Below are positions 15,001 through 30,000 of a stretch of DNA of 64,000 nt, in pieces; within the stretch, counting starts at the first letter, position 1; every line of letters begins with the position of its first letter. The position numbers and the translations under genes were made by a program. This DNA is from Balanoglossus misakiensis (taxonomy: Eukaryota; Animalia; Hemichordata), in the NCBI GenBank assembly GCA_040954595.2, contig CM082580.2, forward strand, positions 9,092,390 to 9,156,389. The letters run 5' to 3'. A model generated the notes under the pieces. It did no database searches, was not told where the DNA came from, and saw only the letters and a list, made by a program, of their open reading frames with translations.

Positions 15001-18000
15001 CTGACAACAGCATGTACGGTATTTCAACTTCAGCGTGCAGCATATAAAATATTGTTAGCATTTCCTCAAATGAGTCGGTCATTACCGAAACATCTCACGA
15101 CGGAGGTCAGCTAGACCTACATGTACCAGTACATGCACACATGTCTATGTTGCCATTTCAAATGCCATATTACTGAAATGAGAAGTACAACATTGTTGTC
15201 TCTTCATCAGTTGAATACACTAGCTGGCTTTGTACGCCAATGGTAGAAAAGGGACAGCTATTCTTGAGCAGAAGTCTTAGAGTCACTCATATTCCCAAGA
15301 GCAGATAGTATTTCTGTTGAGGCCAATTTACTGGCAAAATGCTTAATATGCAGGGTTCATTTTACCTGAACTACTGGTAGCTACCATGCGCTATAATAAT
15401 CCTCTTGGATTGTTTATTAGGAAAGAGCAAACTGCTCCAATTCCCCTTCCCAATCATTTATACTCTGAATGCCTCGGCAAAAATGCTGTACACCACAGGA
15501 TTTTAACTCTAGAGCTGAACGCATTATAAGGTTAATAGTGATGTCATACGCAACAAAAACAGAACTATAGAAGCTTCTATATTTTCTAACGTTTTTGTCT
15601 ATCCAAACTAACAACATGAAGAAGCTGCATGTTCACATTCAAATCAGTCTGACACATGCAAGCTGCAGGAGTTTGGTTATTGTGTGAGCTGTCCGCATAA
15701 ATGTTGCAGATTTTCATCAGACTTTGTGAGGTACTGCCACTTGACTGAACAGGGCAAACATCGCCATTTCACCTAAAAGCTCCTAAAGGATGAGCCAACA
15801 AAAGACGCAGTTTACCCAGTAAGCAATTCTGAAGCTGTCATGAAATTCTAAGAAAATGTAACCATTTTCCGAAAGCTTGGAAATGCAAGAATTCATTTGA
15901 ATGGGTTTACAATTGGATGAACTATACCGCGTCACATTCAGTATAAACACCAGTCTATATAGTTATGTTATATATGGTTCAAATGTTTAAAAGTAATTAG
16001 AAAATATTGCACTTTCAATGTTAAGGATCTACAAAAAATGGATGCGTAAATTGTTGATTACATTTACAGCCGCAATATGATTTTAGAAAAAATAAGTTCT
16101 CTTCAAGAGCCTTGAATTATACTCTGGAAATGAGACATCGGAAACACTGTCCGGTAATAAGAGACAGTTATACGGTGGATCTTTTTCTGAATCCAAATAC
16201 AAAATGGCTGACGCAAATCTCTGAATCACAAGCCTGCTTGAATCTTACCTAATGTCACAGGATCACTAACACACACTGTGAGTGGCTTTTATCAGTGATT
16301 TATCAGTCCCCACTATTTTACCGGTAATAATACCATGATAAATTCTCATCCACATGCGACCATCAATGGCCTTGCCTCATTTTTCTGTCTGCAATACTTT
16401 TAGTAATTTACCATCATTCATGTGGACTGACATCCCTGATGCCATTTGTGGATTTGTTTCAGGGTACTCTGAATCTCTGCTCTGCTTAAAATAGAAACAT
16501 ACCACGGTGACTTAATCCACTGATATATCGGACATTCATTAAGATGCCATTTTTTGTCACTGCAAGCAAAATTCTCTTATAAAACATTCAATTTTTATTT
16601 TAATATTTTAGTTTACAAAGATTATTCATTCACCATAATACTGTTTTGTGGTAGAGGCCAACGTATTCCACTCATTGACAATTGATCAAAATGACCAAAC
16701 ATCACACAAACTCTCGGTGGAATTTTTGAAGAAATTACAACATCTGAAAATAACAGAAACAAAACCATAAATTTTCATCAACACAGTTACTCGTTTAAAT
16801 TGTTATTCATGGCGTCTAGAAATCGAAACTCGGATGGCATAGTCGGGAGACGTTTCACCAATCTTTCCAGGTACCACCATGACAAGACTAATTTCAATGA
16901 GGATCATCCTGTCCAGACGGTCACAAAACTCAATTACTCGCGGAGATTAACCGCCGAGTATGCCCATACAGACATCATCCCGATCTTGCGCTGCCATTTT
17001 CTACACCGGCAGACCGCCGTAAATGTCGGTCCAATTAAGGACGGCGAAGACACGCACACGCCGCAACCGCGAAACAGTAATCTTCACGAGAATAACGAAG
17101 TTCATTTGATGTTCCGGAACAAATCCGCCACCCTGATTCTCAATTAACCTTTCAATCACACAGTTGCATCGACTCGATTCACTGTCTCTAAAGTTTCCCG
17201 GCGAACCCCTGTCCGTGCCGTAAAATGTTATTTTCCCAGATTCCCCATAACAACATCAACCGGATAAAAAGTTAACGACTGTGCTAGGACTCCCACATGA
17301 ACACATATACCATGCCTGACTTTTTTTTTCTGTGAAAATCTCGTGATGAGGTTCATAAAAATTCCCGAGAAAACATCTACACTGAAATTACCTGAGACAA
17401 CCACTCCACTGAAATTAGTTGCGAAAACATGTACTTTGAAGTTATGTTGATATTGTACGGAAATTAAAATCTGAACTGAAATCACCAATGCAAGAATGTT
17501 TTCATCAATGACATCAAAGTTAACACATTGACGTAAAACTCTAATGTTTACATATATGTATTATTAGATTCAGCAACTACCTGGCTAGGATTTCAAGGCT
17601 CTCTAATTTTACGAGGTTTATATAGGGACCTACCGCTATCCATTAAAACAGGTAATTGCTTTAACAAACACCTCAATTTGATTCTGCATCAGAATTCTAT
17701 GAGTGAGGTATTTCGTCAACCGCTCGGCGAAATTGGTCACTGGCATGCAAAGTCGTCGACAGTGATCATTCGCGGAATCCAAACAGCTTTTCTTAATTCG
17801 ATAGCCTGACTTCCTGCGACTGAAGGATCAGGTGGGACAGCACCAGGACACTGAAAATAGAACGCACACGAAACCATGATTGATTGCTGTCGTATTTGTG
17901 AAGTCGTGATCCACTGTGGTGCTTTCAACATTCTAACTAATTCTCTTCCTCAAGTCACCACTGAGCATAATGTGCAAATGCATTCACGTGACTCAAACCA

Positions 18001-21000
18001 GTCAAAGATTTGATGTCCATTAAAACAGTCCTTGAAACTGCGCATTTTATACCGATTAATACACATTATGGAACATTGTCCCTGAACCTTGATATCACAT
18101 CTCTATGTCGTCTCTTTTGTAGTAAAAGAACATAAAATTTCATGTACCTAAGGTGGTTAAGATGTCACCCATGGCAAACTGATATCCCTGACTGTGTCCT
18201 TTTCCTGGCCTGTTTTTTTGTTTCCTTGAGATGCAATCTGAACACTTGTAATCGTACAGCCCTCCAGCAATGAATGGATGGATAGAGACAGAATTTTTCC
18301 CTTGAGAATGATATGTTAAATTATATCTTCTTCTTTTTTTGTTAAAAACCAGTTTATTCAAGTGTAATGTTTCCCCTTTTTGTTTGCACCCCTATATTCA
18401 CACACATAGTTTGAGTCATACTTATAATACCACTTCATGACTGATATGATTTCGCAGAATCTCATCATAGCCATCTTTTCTTTACGACATTATAATAAGA
18501 CTTGATCATATCCCCATGATGATAAAAAATATGAAGATCTATTTAAATTTCTATCACAGTTCAACAGCAGCCAAATTTGGTCGTACATCATTCAGCGCTC
18601 TGAAAATCTGACAAGAACAAGAGAGTCACTCCCCAGCTCCTTGCCGCACACACATCCTCGCGCCCGATGCTCTTATCAGCTATTTACGTACCCAGGTCGT
18701 ACGCTGGATATAAATTAGTATGCCTCGCATTGCCTGGCGAGGTGTAAATAGCAGCCCTGAGAATGTAAACTTTTACTGGGGCTTATCAAATCAAACACTG
18801 TTAGTTTTATCTCTCAAATAATATTACTTCTCAGCGCTTGAATGCTATTGCCACTGAGCAATTTTCCGTGCTGCTGTCGACCATGCAGACACTGTAATGT
18901 TTTGTTTGCCAAGGTGTCGCTTCAATGATATGCGGAGTATGACGTCCTCTTCAAGAATGACAGAGGTGTTCAAATCTCACAAATGCCCTGGCCTTGCATT
19001 TGATGTGCACTTTCCAGTGGGAAATGGAGAAATTCTGATAGCTTTGATGAGATAAAGACATCTGAGTCGGCATGACCTATCCTCTTATCGCTAAATGATG
19101 CGTCTTTTATGTAGCATATTAGCTCACAAATATTAGGGTTAGGGATTATACTGCTGTAATGACTGGAGTGGGTGTACGATTGGGCAAGATATCAGCAGTC
19201 TTCTTTGTCAAGATTTAATATCCGTGATGAAAAGTCACCACACACTATCTAAACATTGTAATTTTCAGAGTAAACGCACTTTGAATATAACGTTATGCTT
19301 ATTAGGCTTCAAATGTTTCTATTTCTGTCTTTTATTTGTAACATATACATAATTTTGATTATTTTGGTGAAATAATCTAGGTTTATCTTCTTACCGAGAC
19401 ATGTTGAATTGTTCACAATGTGTGTTATATTACTAATATACCTGTACTGGCGTCACACATGGATAAAATCCTGTGCTGTACATTCTGTATTTGTAAATTC
19501 CAAATGGGACCCTTTAACCTTCAAGAATATTAGGGAGGTCAACAAGTCAAAAAGGCAAATCGCAGTTCAAATTAATCAAACTGAATCCCCCAAAAATGAA
19601 TTATTCAAAATTTTGTGCCTATAAGACATTCTACCACTTGGGGGGGAAATTAAACCTATGTCTTCTACTATGTAATACAGACATATCATCTCATGCTTTA
19701 AACATCTTAGATGCATTTTATCAGAATTAATTTTTAATGAATAAGTATACATCTTACTTCACGAGTTTTATAAGATGTCGACATAAATTAAATTACGTGA
19801 GCCTTTTTTCCAACTGGGACATAATTCCCTGTGTATTTCATCATAATTTTCTCATTGTCGCTGGACCATAATCTGAGTACTAATACACCGGGTACATGCT
19901 CAGAATTACTATCATGTCAAGACAGCAGACGACGATCATTTCCATAATTGCACTGTCGGCTGCAGATGATGGAATGGGGCAATAAGATGCCATTTTCACT
20001 TACGGATGACTATCAACTATCTCTGTATATAGATTTGTTTGTCACAAAGCCAGGATGAAACACAAACAACGATATTCACATGTGGATCTCGGATGTGATC
20101 ACTCGTTTGTGGAGGGGAATATTGGCTTTTCTTGCGAGTGCTAGAGGTTAAAAGCTACCTGTACTTTTCTGTCTGGAAGGGTGGGGAGTGTCATACTTTG
20201 GAACAGAGTTATTGCAGATTTTTAATGATTATGAGAGACAATCTAGACTGAAACCTTGTGTCACTACAAAGAACTAATACTGGTTTTGTAGAGTCAAAAA
20301 GAAAAAAATTCTGATCCAATTGGGTTATATGTTGATATCAAGAAACCCTTTGACGATCATTAAAACAATTATGATGCACACATGATTATTGGGGTCATCA
20401 TTTTTAATCATTAAATAAGAGCCAAATTTAAACGTCTCGAAATTGAAAATATCGTAACGGCAGTATATTTAGAGCAGGACAAAGATATTTTAGTTTTTTA
20501 GGGGGTTCAATTCCGAAAACAGCCATTATCATACTAGAATTCCACATGGAGCAATTACTGATAATGACAGAGATCAAATTATACATTGAATGTGAAAGGG
20601 GGCATAGAAAAGTTCAAAGATAGGTTTAATGTACACTCAGTATTCAAAAAATTAATCCAGCTAAAATACTTTAGTCACAAAATGTGAGGGAAAACCTTTG
20701 AAATCTCAAAGTTGAACGGTAGACGTGTCGATTCTAAGACATTCCCACCTGTCAATTATGACATCAGAAGGTGATTAAATTTACATATTCCTTCTGTCAA
20801 TCATTTTATCGTGTTACATGTTCCTCGTATACCTGCCAATCATGAAATGCCATACACTAATTAGACAACTGTGAGCACATGCGATCAATTTATTCATCAT
20901 GCAGTGACAGATGTATCTTCACCAAGAGCAAGCTGCCAGCTGCTCTCAAGAATTAAACGTTCATGGGGCAGGAAGTGGCTCTGCTATTAAAAATCAGTTT

Positions 21001-24000
21001 TGACTCCTTCATTTTCTTGCACTGGCTGGAGACTATTAACAGTACAGTATATACCTGAAATTCTAAAGGAAAAGATTCTGACTACAGTGCTTATGTCACA
21101 TCAAGTCCCCACATTATTGATGGCTTTCCCAGCTAACTGTTGTCACTGATTATCACACCTGCAGCCACTAATTGGCCTGATAGTCACCGATTCCCAGTCA
21201 ATATATAATGCTTTTGGGTACTTCTCACTGGCTCTGACCACGACTGCAGTCAACAATTAGCTAAGATCTAGCTGGTCATGGCTTTAATTGTCACTGATTG
21301 GCTGGACAGGATGATCGACACTCACTGATTGGCCAACACTGGCTAAAATCTGGTCAGGGCAGTCATTGATTGGCTAAGATCTGGCCAGGGCAGTCATTGA
21401 TTGGCTAAGAACTGGTTAGAACAGAGACCACCTGCATTGTCCGCAATCATAAGAGAACCAAGCAACCAGTACAAAAATGCAATACATTTGCATGGAGACA
21501 AGAAATTAATACTAGTCTGGTGGACATGCTGATATCCATAATGAGGAAATCATTTCAGGGACAAACACCATTACTCTGGTTAACACACACTATAAGGCCG
21601 GTGTTTGCGTTGTTTCTGCTCTGTGAAACTTGATTTGCAATGCAGCAATGACGGACCCAACTCTCTGTGGGTCGTCCATTTGTTCACACTAAATTGAAGC
21701 CTTTTTACACTTTTTCCCTCAGGGCCAGACGGAAGGTGGTACGCCAATTCGTACACAGGCGGCTGCCACTACGTTAATCTTTCCCTTCAATGTGTCAATT
21801 GAACACTGAGACGGCCAACTTTGTACATTGCCTTTTTTTTTGCTCTGCTGATGGGCAGTAAAAATCCCAGACCTGATAAAAGTACACCGATCATTTGGCC
21901 AGCAATATGTTCTCTTTGCGCCTTTCAAGTGAAAAATTTCACAACCGAATGAGACGATGTGATGTGGCAGCTCTCATTCTTGGGGGTTAATGTTATCTGT
22001 CACAGGTACATGTTCACAGTACTGAGTTCACACCCAAATATTGACTTCACCACCCTTCAAATATTGACTTTAATTACCTTTTATCATGCAAGTTGATGTT
22101 CGTGATGTGCCTGATATTGACAATTTCCCAATCAAATGCCTAATTTCCTCTGTGATCACAGCCAAGGTATTCACTCCCTGATTATACAAACGTTGAACGT
22201 AATTTTAACATTATATTCAGGACCTGATTTTGATGAAAAACGATTGAATTACAAAGATCAAATTCAATTTCATTTTACTCCTCTTTCATAATATACATTT
22301 CGTCACACAAATTAACATACGATCGAATGGAACTTGAAAATTGCCATACTGAGATAATTTTAGTTTACATTTAGGTGAAAAAGTAAATGTAACCAAACTA
22401 CTTACAAGAATTATGCTTTCATTCTAATGCTGAATTAATTCCGTAAAATGTCCTCGACAGCGTGATACTTATCTTGCCGACAAATTATTCCCCTTTCCTG
22501 TAATTTACTTTAATTTGTGCTTTGATATCAGACTCATTATGTATCTGACATCTAAGTGAGTCACCGATCATGCAACTCCAATACAATATGTATGAAGATG
22601 GCTGTATGTACTGTATAGATTCTCTATGTATAACAGAGGTTAGCTATTTTGAATGAATCTCTGAAGTCTCTGGGATTGCACAGTCTTGGGTAACCGTGGC
22701 GATTGTGGGATATTTCAAACAGCTTATTAGTAATGAAGACAGATAAATATGCTCTAATTAGTTTAGTGTATATGACATACAGGATAATTCTGCCTTTTGT
22801 AGAGCTGTCAAAATTGACAGTACATTTACAAACACAGCACATACGTGATAATGACACCATTGTTCAAATGCTTATCTTTTTTACTCATTTTTTCATGATG
22901 ACATTTGACTTTTTCCACTGAGGAGAGAGAAAGGGAATTAATCCACAATATATCATAATAATTTTTGAGTCGCACATAGCTGAGGTAAAATGTTTTAGGT
23001 AATGTACGTGTGCTTAAAACTTATCTCTGATGTCTAACCCCACTTTTCATACTGGTTTTAATGTGGCGACTGGAAAAAGTCTGTTCACAAAGTCTTGTGA
23101 CTGTGTGCTTGCGCTTGTAAGGTTTGTGTGGCAATATTTAATGACTGAGTGAACACGACACAACAGATCTCTATAATCATTGGGAAACATGGGAATACGT
23201 TGATTATAGGCTCCGTAAGTGGTAACTACAAGCAGATCCTTTATGGAATTTTTATCAGGATTATTAATTCCTAATATGTATATTAATTATTTTCCCTGTT
23301 TGTAATGTCACATACTAAATTCAATTTTCTGTTTGACCATTCACATACCTAACTCTTATATACTATGACATCTTTTTTATCTACTTTGCTGCGATAATTA
23401 TTTTGTCAAATAAATAATGAATAGAAGTTGACAAGATATGAAAGAAATGAACCTCAATGGACGTGCCAAGCATGTGCAAAATTAGATTTTCTGTCTCACA
23501 GAGTATAATTTTATTTAGAAAATAGCTTTGTCACACAGAGCAGACTTTGTTTTATTCTAATTGAGGCAATACAGCTAAAGTCTAGTATCTTGATGGTCAA
23601 TGGGACTCTAGCTCATCCCATCACAATACAGTCTAGATTCTAGACAACATACAATACAGGTTGATTGCCAATGTAGTAAAAATGTTTCATTTTGGGGGGA
23701 AATCATTGCCTACAGTGGTTCAAGAGCAACAACAAATCCTGTCAAAACAGTCAGTCTGATTGGCGCCATTTTAGCTATCAAGTTTATTTCATTATAATGG
23801 CCCTCATCAACTTAAATTAGCTCAGTATTGAAAACCGCGCAAGTCATTGACTCCGCAAATTCAAGCAATTCTTTAATGTGTAAAACAAGAAGAATCCAAG
23901 ACTGAATACTACAAATGAAGCAAAAACAGTTTAAACCTGCAAATTTAATCTCGATTTTGTGATTTTGAAAACATGAAATATCACAAGGTCATTCAACATT

Positions 24001-27000
24001 TATCATGAATAAAGTGCTAATTTGATTGGGGTATATAACATATGGTTGACAGAACTGTATTATATACACGATGAGTTTGGCATACATACCACAATACAAC
24101 TAATATACCGTATTTGTTTGTTCAGGTTCCTTACAAATCTGTACGAAAAACATTTCCTGGCCATATCAATGGAATCAGAGTCTCTTTTGTTCTCGATTCC
24201 AAACAGAAATATTGATGAGAACAATTTATCCCTAGTAGCTATATTCCCATTTTATGAAATATTACATGGATTAATAAAATATCCAAGGTGTAAAATTTAC
24301 TTTCTCTACAGCTGACTATGTATAGAATCTTTCCACTGAAAAATTAAGCATTCAAAACTGTGTGTAGTGTCAAACTGGATGTATATAGTGTCAATCTGAG
24401 CATTATACATTTAGCTTTTTCAATTTACCACTCCTCACTGCCATTTTCAGCACTTTTTTATTGAAACCAAAAAAAATCATTTGAAACTGGAACATTTTGG
24501 TTTTTTATCAGGAAACTGAAAGATATGGATGATACTGAGGTTAGAAGTGACTGGCGTCTGGGAATCAGAGTGGTGGGAAAAATGGCAGAGGGCAAGCAAA
24601 GGTGAGCACTAATGCAGTCTTTAGGCAGAATTATGAAAACTAGCCAAAGAAACTCAATTATCCTTCCAGAAGCAATTCTCTTTGATGTTTCATGTTCAAT
24701 CAGACAGCATCTTATGCTATCACTGGGCTCGAGCAGTTAAGATTTGTTTCATTGAATATTTCATATTTTGGTGTGAGACTGTGTGTGGTTTGTGTTTTTC
24801 TGGAAACATCACCTTAAGAATGATCCAAACACACGCATCTTTCTACTTGTCCTTCAACAACGATGGAAGATGACATCATCGTCCATGGAAAGGGGGGAGG
24901 AAATGATCCATTATGTAAAATTGAAGTAATTTTCACAAATTCAGGAAATTGCTATTTTTTGGTGTATGTGTGTGTTCGCCAAGATCGACATACAACAAAC
25001 AGACTGATCAAACTCAAAAATTATTCTTTTCACTCAAGATAGTGTACACATTTTTAAACTGGGGATATTTCGGTGACACTAGAATTGAACAACAATGTTT
25101 ATATACATGTAGTCAAAGAAAATTCTGTTTATTTCGTCATCGATTGCAAGACGCAAATACTTCCAATGAATTTTGATTAAACCATGCCAAGCCTCTCTTT
25201 TGACGATGTCAGAGTTGTAAATTATTGACACTGTTGTAAACTAATCAATCTGCGCAGTGACAAGACCCTTCTGGTCACAAAGATGTTAAACCATGGTGTC
25301 TCCATCCCTGAGGCCATACTCTGTTTTAAAATCCCACATACACGCCATTACAGCTCCAGACGAATGCTGTACTAACTTATTTTTATTTTCCCCTAAACAT
25401 CACTGCATTAAAGCATATGAAGTAAAAAAAATACAAAGTACCACATAAGATGGTGTGATGAGCAGTGTTGTCATGGTGACGGTGATTACAATGATGTAGC
25501 GTGAAATAAAACTGGCGGAGACTGATGGGGGAAGCGGAAACGTATTATTTTGTCTTCCTTAAAGGTTTACGATGGATGGATGGATGGATGCTTGCAAAAC
25601 CGGACTCTATGATGTTTCAGTGGCATTGCAGCTATGAATATAAACCACCAAGCTACATATAACACAGTAACTACTGATTTCAGGACATCATTCTACATCT
25701 TTAAAAAGGAGAGAGTCTTAGCCAGCTACAGTGTGATCAAAGCAAAATTTGTAGTTTTGAAATTCATGTGATTGCAGATTTCCTTTGAACAACGTTTTTT
25801 ATTATGGAATGAAGAGGGGGAGAGACCAATATGTCAATGTTTAACGTCAATGTTTAACAAATATTAATAACACCTAGTTACATATTGAGTTTGCAGGTTA
25901 TAACAGAATCGGCTCGTATGATGGGATATCATAACATGGCAAGGGAGTTCAGGATGGAAGTGGGAGGCGGTTACTCTCTATAGTGTCACAGCTGACTGAC
26001 TTGCATACTCAAAGTAGATGAAATGACATAGATCTATGATGGCCATGCAGGCATCACGTCAGGCATCTTTTACTTTCAGTGATCACGACTTCGTGTCTAC
26101 TGCTTGATCCAGTCCTTTTGCTGTCTCCTTCTGGCAGACTTATCGTTGCCAAATTGAAATTTTTTCTTCTTGAGCTCTGTAATGGTCAGACTAAATGAGG
26201 CGGAGCGAAAAGGATATGCCATTCGAGATGGTTCCTGCATCTGAAATTTGATTTTCATACGCTGCTTTCATAATCTACGTCTTGCCGTAACGCGGCCCTC
26301 GAGTCATTTTTTTCTCTCTTCGTGTCACATGCCTGTTCAGGTGTAGCATGGGAAATAATGCAGTGGATTATAAGATGGCACTAACAATACCTTTGCCGTA
26401 TCATTTAGCATTTTGTGAATCCCATTCCGCATGAATTATTCAGGGTCGCTTCTGAGACATTAAGCCGGAAGTGGCACGTACTGCAGCCGTAGCAATGATG
26501 ATAAATTGTTGTTTTTGCGATAGGCGAACGACAGGTTTTACAGTAACATCCCACCAAACACTTACCGATAACAATTTCATCATATTTACATGCAAGATCT
26601 TTATCATTTCATGGCCAAGAAAGACATAACTTGCAATTTGGATATTAGCATTCCAGTGGCATATGTAGATCAAAGGACACTGTGTTATCTAACCAGTTTT
26701 ATTTTTGGATTGAAAAACACTTCTGAAGCACTTTTTGACCATACGATTCTACAGGAAAATTAAAAATCCATACAGCATACATCACAATTGGTTCTTTTCA
26801 GGATAGCAGCAAACACGAATTTTGGAATTAATATCTGGTGTGGATTCAATATCACTGTAATGGTGTGAGTGTTTAAACCTTCCGAACACCACACAGACAG
26901 TTTTGGTTAGGAACTCGATTATCTGCAGAAACATGGTTTCTATGGCGACACCCAATCCAGTGAAGCCTAACAACAGCCAATGCAGTGGAGTACCTCTTTT

Positions 27001-30000
27001 TTTCATCCCTCTATCGCTTTTTAAAGACAGAATGACCTCAAGACGTTACAAAGAGCCAATCTTTCTTTTTAATCTCAAAATACTTGCAATATTCTGTGAA
27101 TAGCACAGAAATGGGTTTCTGACTTCTGGGGCCAGACTTGGGTGAAAGAATTAAAGCTGATGTGCTATCACATTCTGACACATCTGCTTCGACTTTTAAT
27201 CTTAAAAAAAACAAACTTTTTAAGATAAAAAGTTTACACACCTGGTGTATGGGATAATGATGCCAAAAAATCAAAACATGCATGTAAGCGATGGGGGTGA
27301 GCGTGCAAAGTATGGCCACACGCTGACACGTGTAAGGATGTCGTTTATCTCTTGGCCGAATAATTAAAATCCAATTTCTCTCGACATTCAGCCTCTCAAT
27401 TTCTTTAAACCTCTGCAGACAGTTCACGTTACAAACTTGCCGAGGGTGTAAATCTCCACCTGCGATGGGAAATTGAGTTGGGAACACCCTGAAAGGAAAA
27501 ATCTGATGGAAGTTTAATTTGCTTTCGGGAAGACAGGTAGTTAGATTTCTGTCTCCCCCACAATGCAACAGTCTCCTGCACAAAGGAATTGTACGAAGGA
27601 AATTCTTTTGATATAATGATGCAAGCAATAATATAACTGTGAAAATACAAATTCACATTCAGGCATAAATTTGTAGGAACGGTAATAAAAATCTTGAAAA
27701 CATTCAATATATTTAATTTCAATGTCTGAAGAGGTAATAAAATGAATACACACAGTAACAGTGAAAAATATCATTTTAATGAACTAATTTCTTATATACT
27801 GACAATTCTGAGTAAAATTCCACACGATAATTGTTAGTTGCACATCAAACTCTACTCCTGGAATATTGCAATTACACCCCAGATGCCTGAAGAGGTGTGT
27901 GTTTAATATGTGAGCCTTGAGCCTTGTAACCTTTCCCTGAGAGATTCACGTTTCCTTTCCACAAGTTACCATGGCAATACAGCAGTAATAAGCAAATAAA
28001 GTTGTGCGTGACTGAGAGGGCAAGAAGACTGGGTCGTTTTCATGAAACAGACACTCCTGTCTCTGTCTGTCTGTCTGTCTGTCTCTGCGTGTCTGTCACT
28101 ACCCGCTCTCTCTACTTGTAAATAATAAAATAATTTTAACATGCAATTTCTTCAAATTCCCAGCAGATTAGATATCCTACTGTTGCATTACCTAAATCCT
28201 TTTACAACATGATTAATGCATCCCCATACATCTGGACCACTCTAAGATATTTTATTCCGAGTGTCTAGCCAACATGGAGTCTTGCTGACTCATGTCTATA
28301 GCTGTACTCTGCATCTTTGTCGAGAACTGAGCCAAACATTATTCACCAGTGAAAAAAAAATAACATTGCAAAAAGAAGTACATGTGATATTCATAAATGA
28401 AATATAATTCAACTGAAATTCACTCTTCATCATAAAAGTTACCAATTACCTTTAATTTGATTTAATCACAATGTGAGCCTATATATTGCTGCGTGTGTTC
28501 ACCTTTAACGATGCAATTAGTCTCTTTATGCTGTATTAAGCTCTAAACCTCAAGGTCCTGGAGCTGCTTTTCAGATACATAGGTGTATATTATACATTCT
28601 GTCGTCGGTCTCCTTTTCTTTTATTCCATGGATCCATACCATGTTATGGCAAACCAGACTGTATCGATCCAGTACATCAATACCTAAACACAATTTTTCT
28701 TTCACCACCGCAAGTTCTTCCCACCTACCAACTCTCATTAAAGGGACAAAGTCAATCACTTTCAATGTTTCTTTTTTGGTTATTTTCTTTTGATAGCTTA
28801 TTTATGTTATTCAGTTCACTGAAATATGCTCAAAGACTGGTAATGAATGGTCACTATTCAACTTGCACCCTATGTGTGGATAACACAAAATATAACACAT
28901 GAAAACACTGACCATTTAATTTTTTGTCAATATCAAAAATTACTTCCTCGCAGTATTCAGATGTAATGCCCAGACATAGGGTGTGAGTTGAGTTGTGACA
29001 ATCAGCATTTGAGCATATATCATTGAACAGAACAAAACAAATAATTTGTTAAAAGTAATTAAAACTAACCAAGATAACATCAAACGACACAACTTTGTCC
29101 CTTTAATATTGGAGACATTTGCCTAAAAAAACACTTACATGCCCCTCCCCTGTCTACAGATCTTCAATTATCAATTAATGACATAATTAACTATTAAATG
29201 GAGGTGTCACTGGTATTTATATTCACACAGAATCTCCCAACAACACCTTCAACAGCCTCTGCCATCCCTGAGAATTTTATGAGAATATGCAAATCAAGCT
29301 CACCTTGAGGTTCCCACTAAGAACTGATATTCTTTGTACTCAGGGGAGGCAGAAATAGGCTTATTGCTGACCGATTTGCATATCATTTAGGAGAGAGAAA
29401 GTGTCGCATTCAATTAAATGCTTATTTGCTCATTTTCACTTAAGAATGTCATACATTCGTGAGTAAGAAAGCAAGTACTGAAGAATATGTGCAGTTTTGT
29501 AATAACCTATAAAAGCTTATTAGAAAATCAATCTTAATCACAATTGACAGGACCTTTTGACTGAATAAAAACATGGAAATGATGAAACAAGATTTCAAAT
29601 AACTTTAGAGATACAACTTCCATGGTAAATGATACAAATTTGTGCATTTTTCAAAATAAACATGACTGGGGCAAAGATAGTGCCTTAAGCTCCACTCTAC
29701 ATTTTGATCCAAATTTACAGTGTAAAGTTATTTCCAGACTGGTATTTGGTGGAATTTTAAAGTCAAGTGTTGCACGGAAAATATGTTAAAACTGTCAGTA
29801 GAAAGATTTGAGAACACATACTGAGTAACCACAGCAACTCATTTAATATGAGACATACGGAAGGCTGTAGTATGTTGACAAATTATTAGTTGGAAAGATA
29901 CCATCATGAATTTCTTAGTACCAGAAAATTCAAACACAATCCAAACACAATCACTGAACAGCTCTGTTCAAACCACCCTGGCGTACATAAGATTGTGTGT

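Noticed and set aside
27038-27628. 196-aa minus-strand ORF in Epac intron 1
   Set aside because: Non-ATG start, no recognisable domain and no exon-like boundaries; probably chance.
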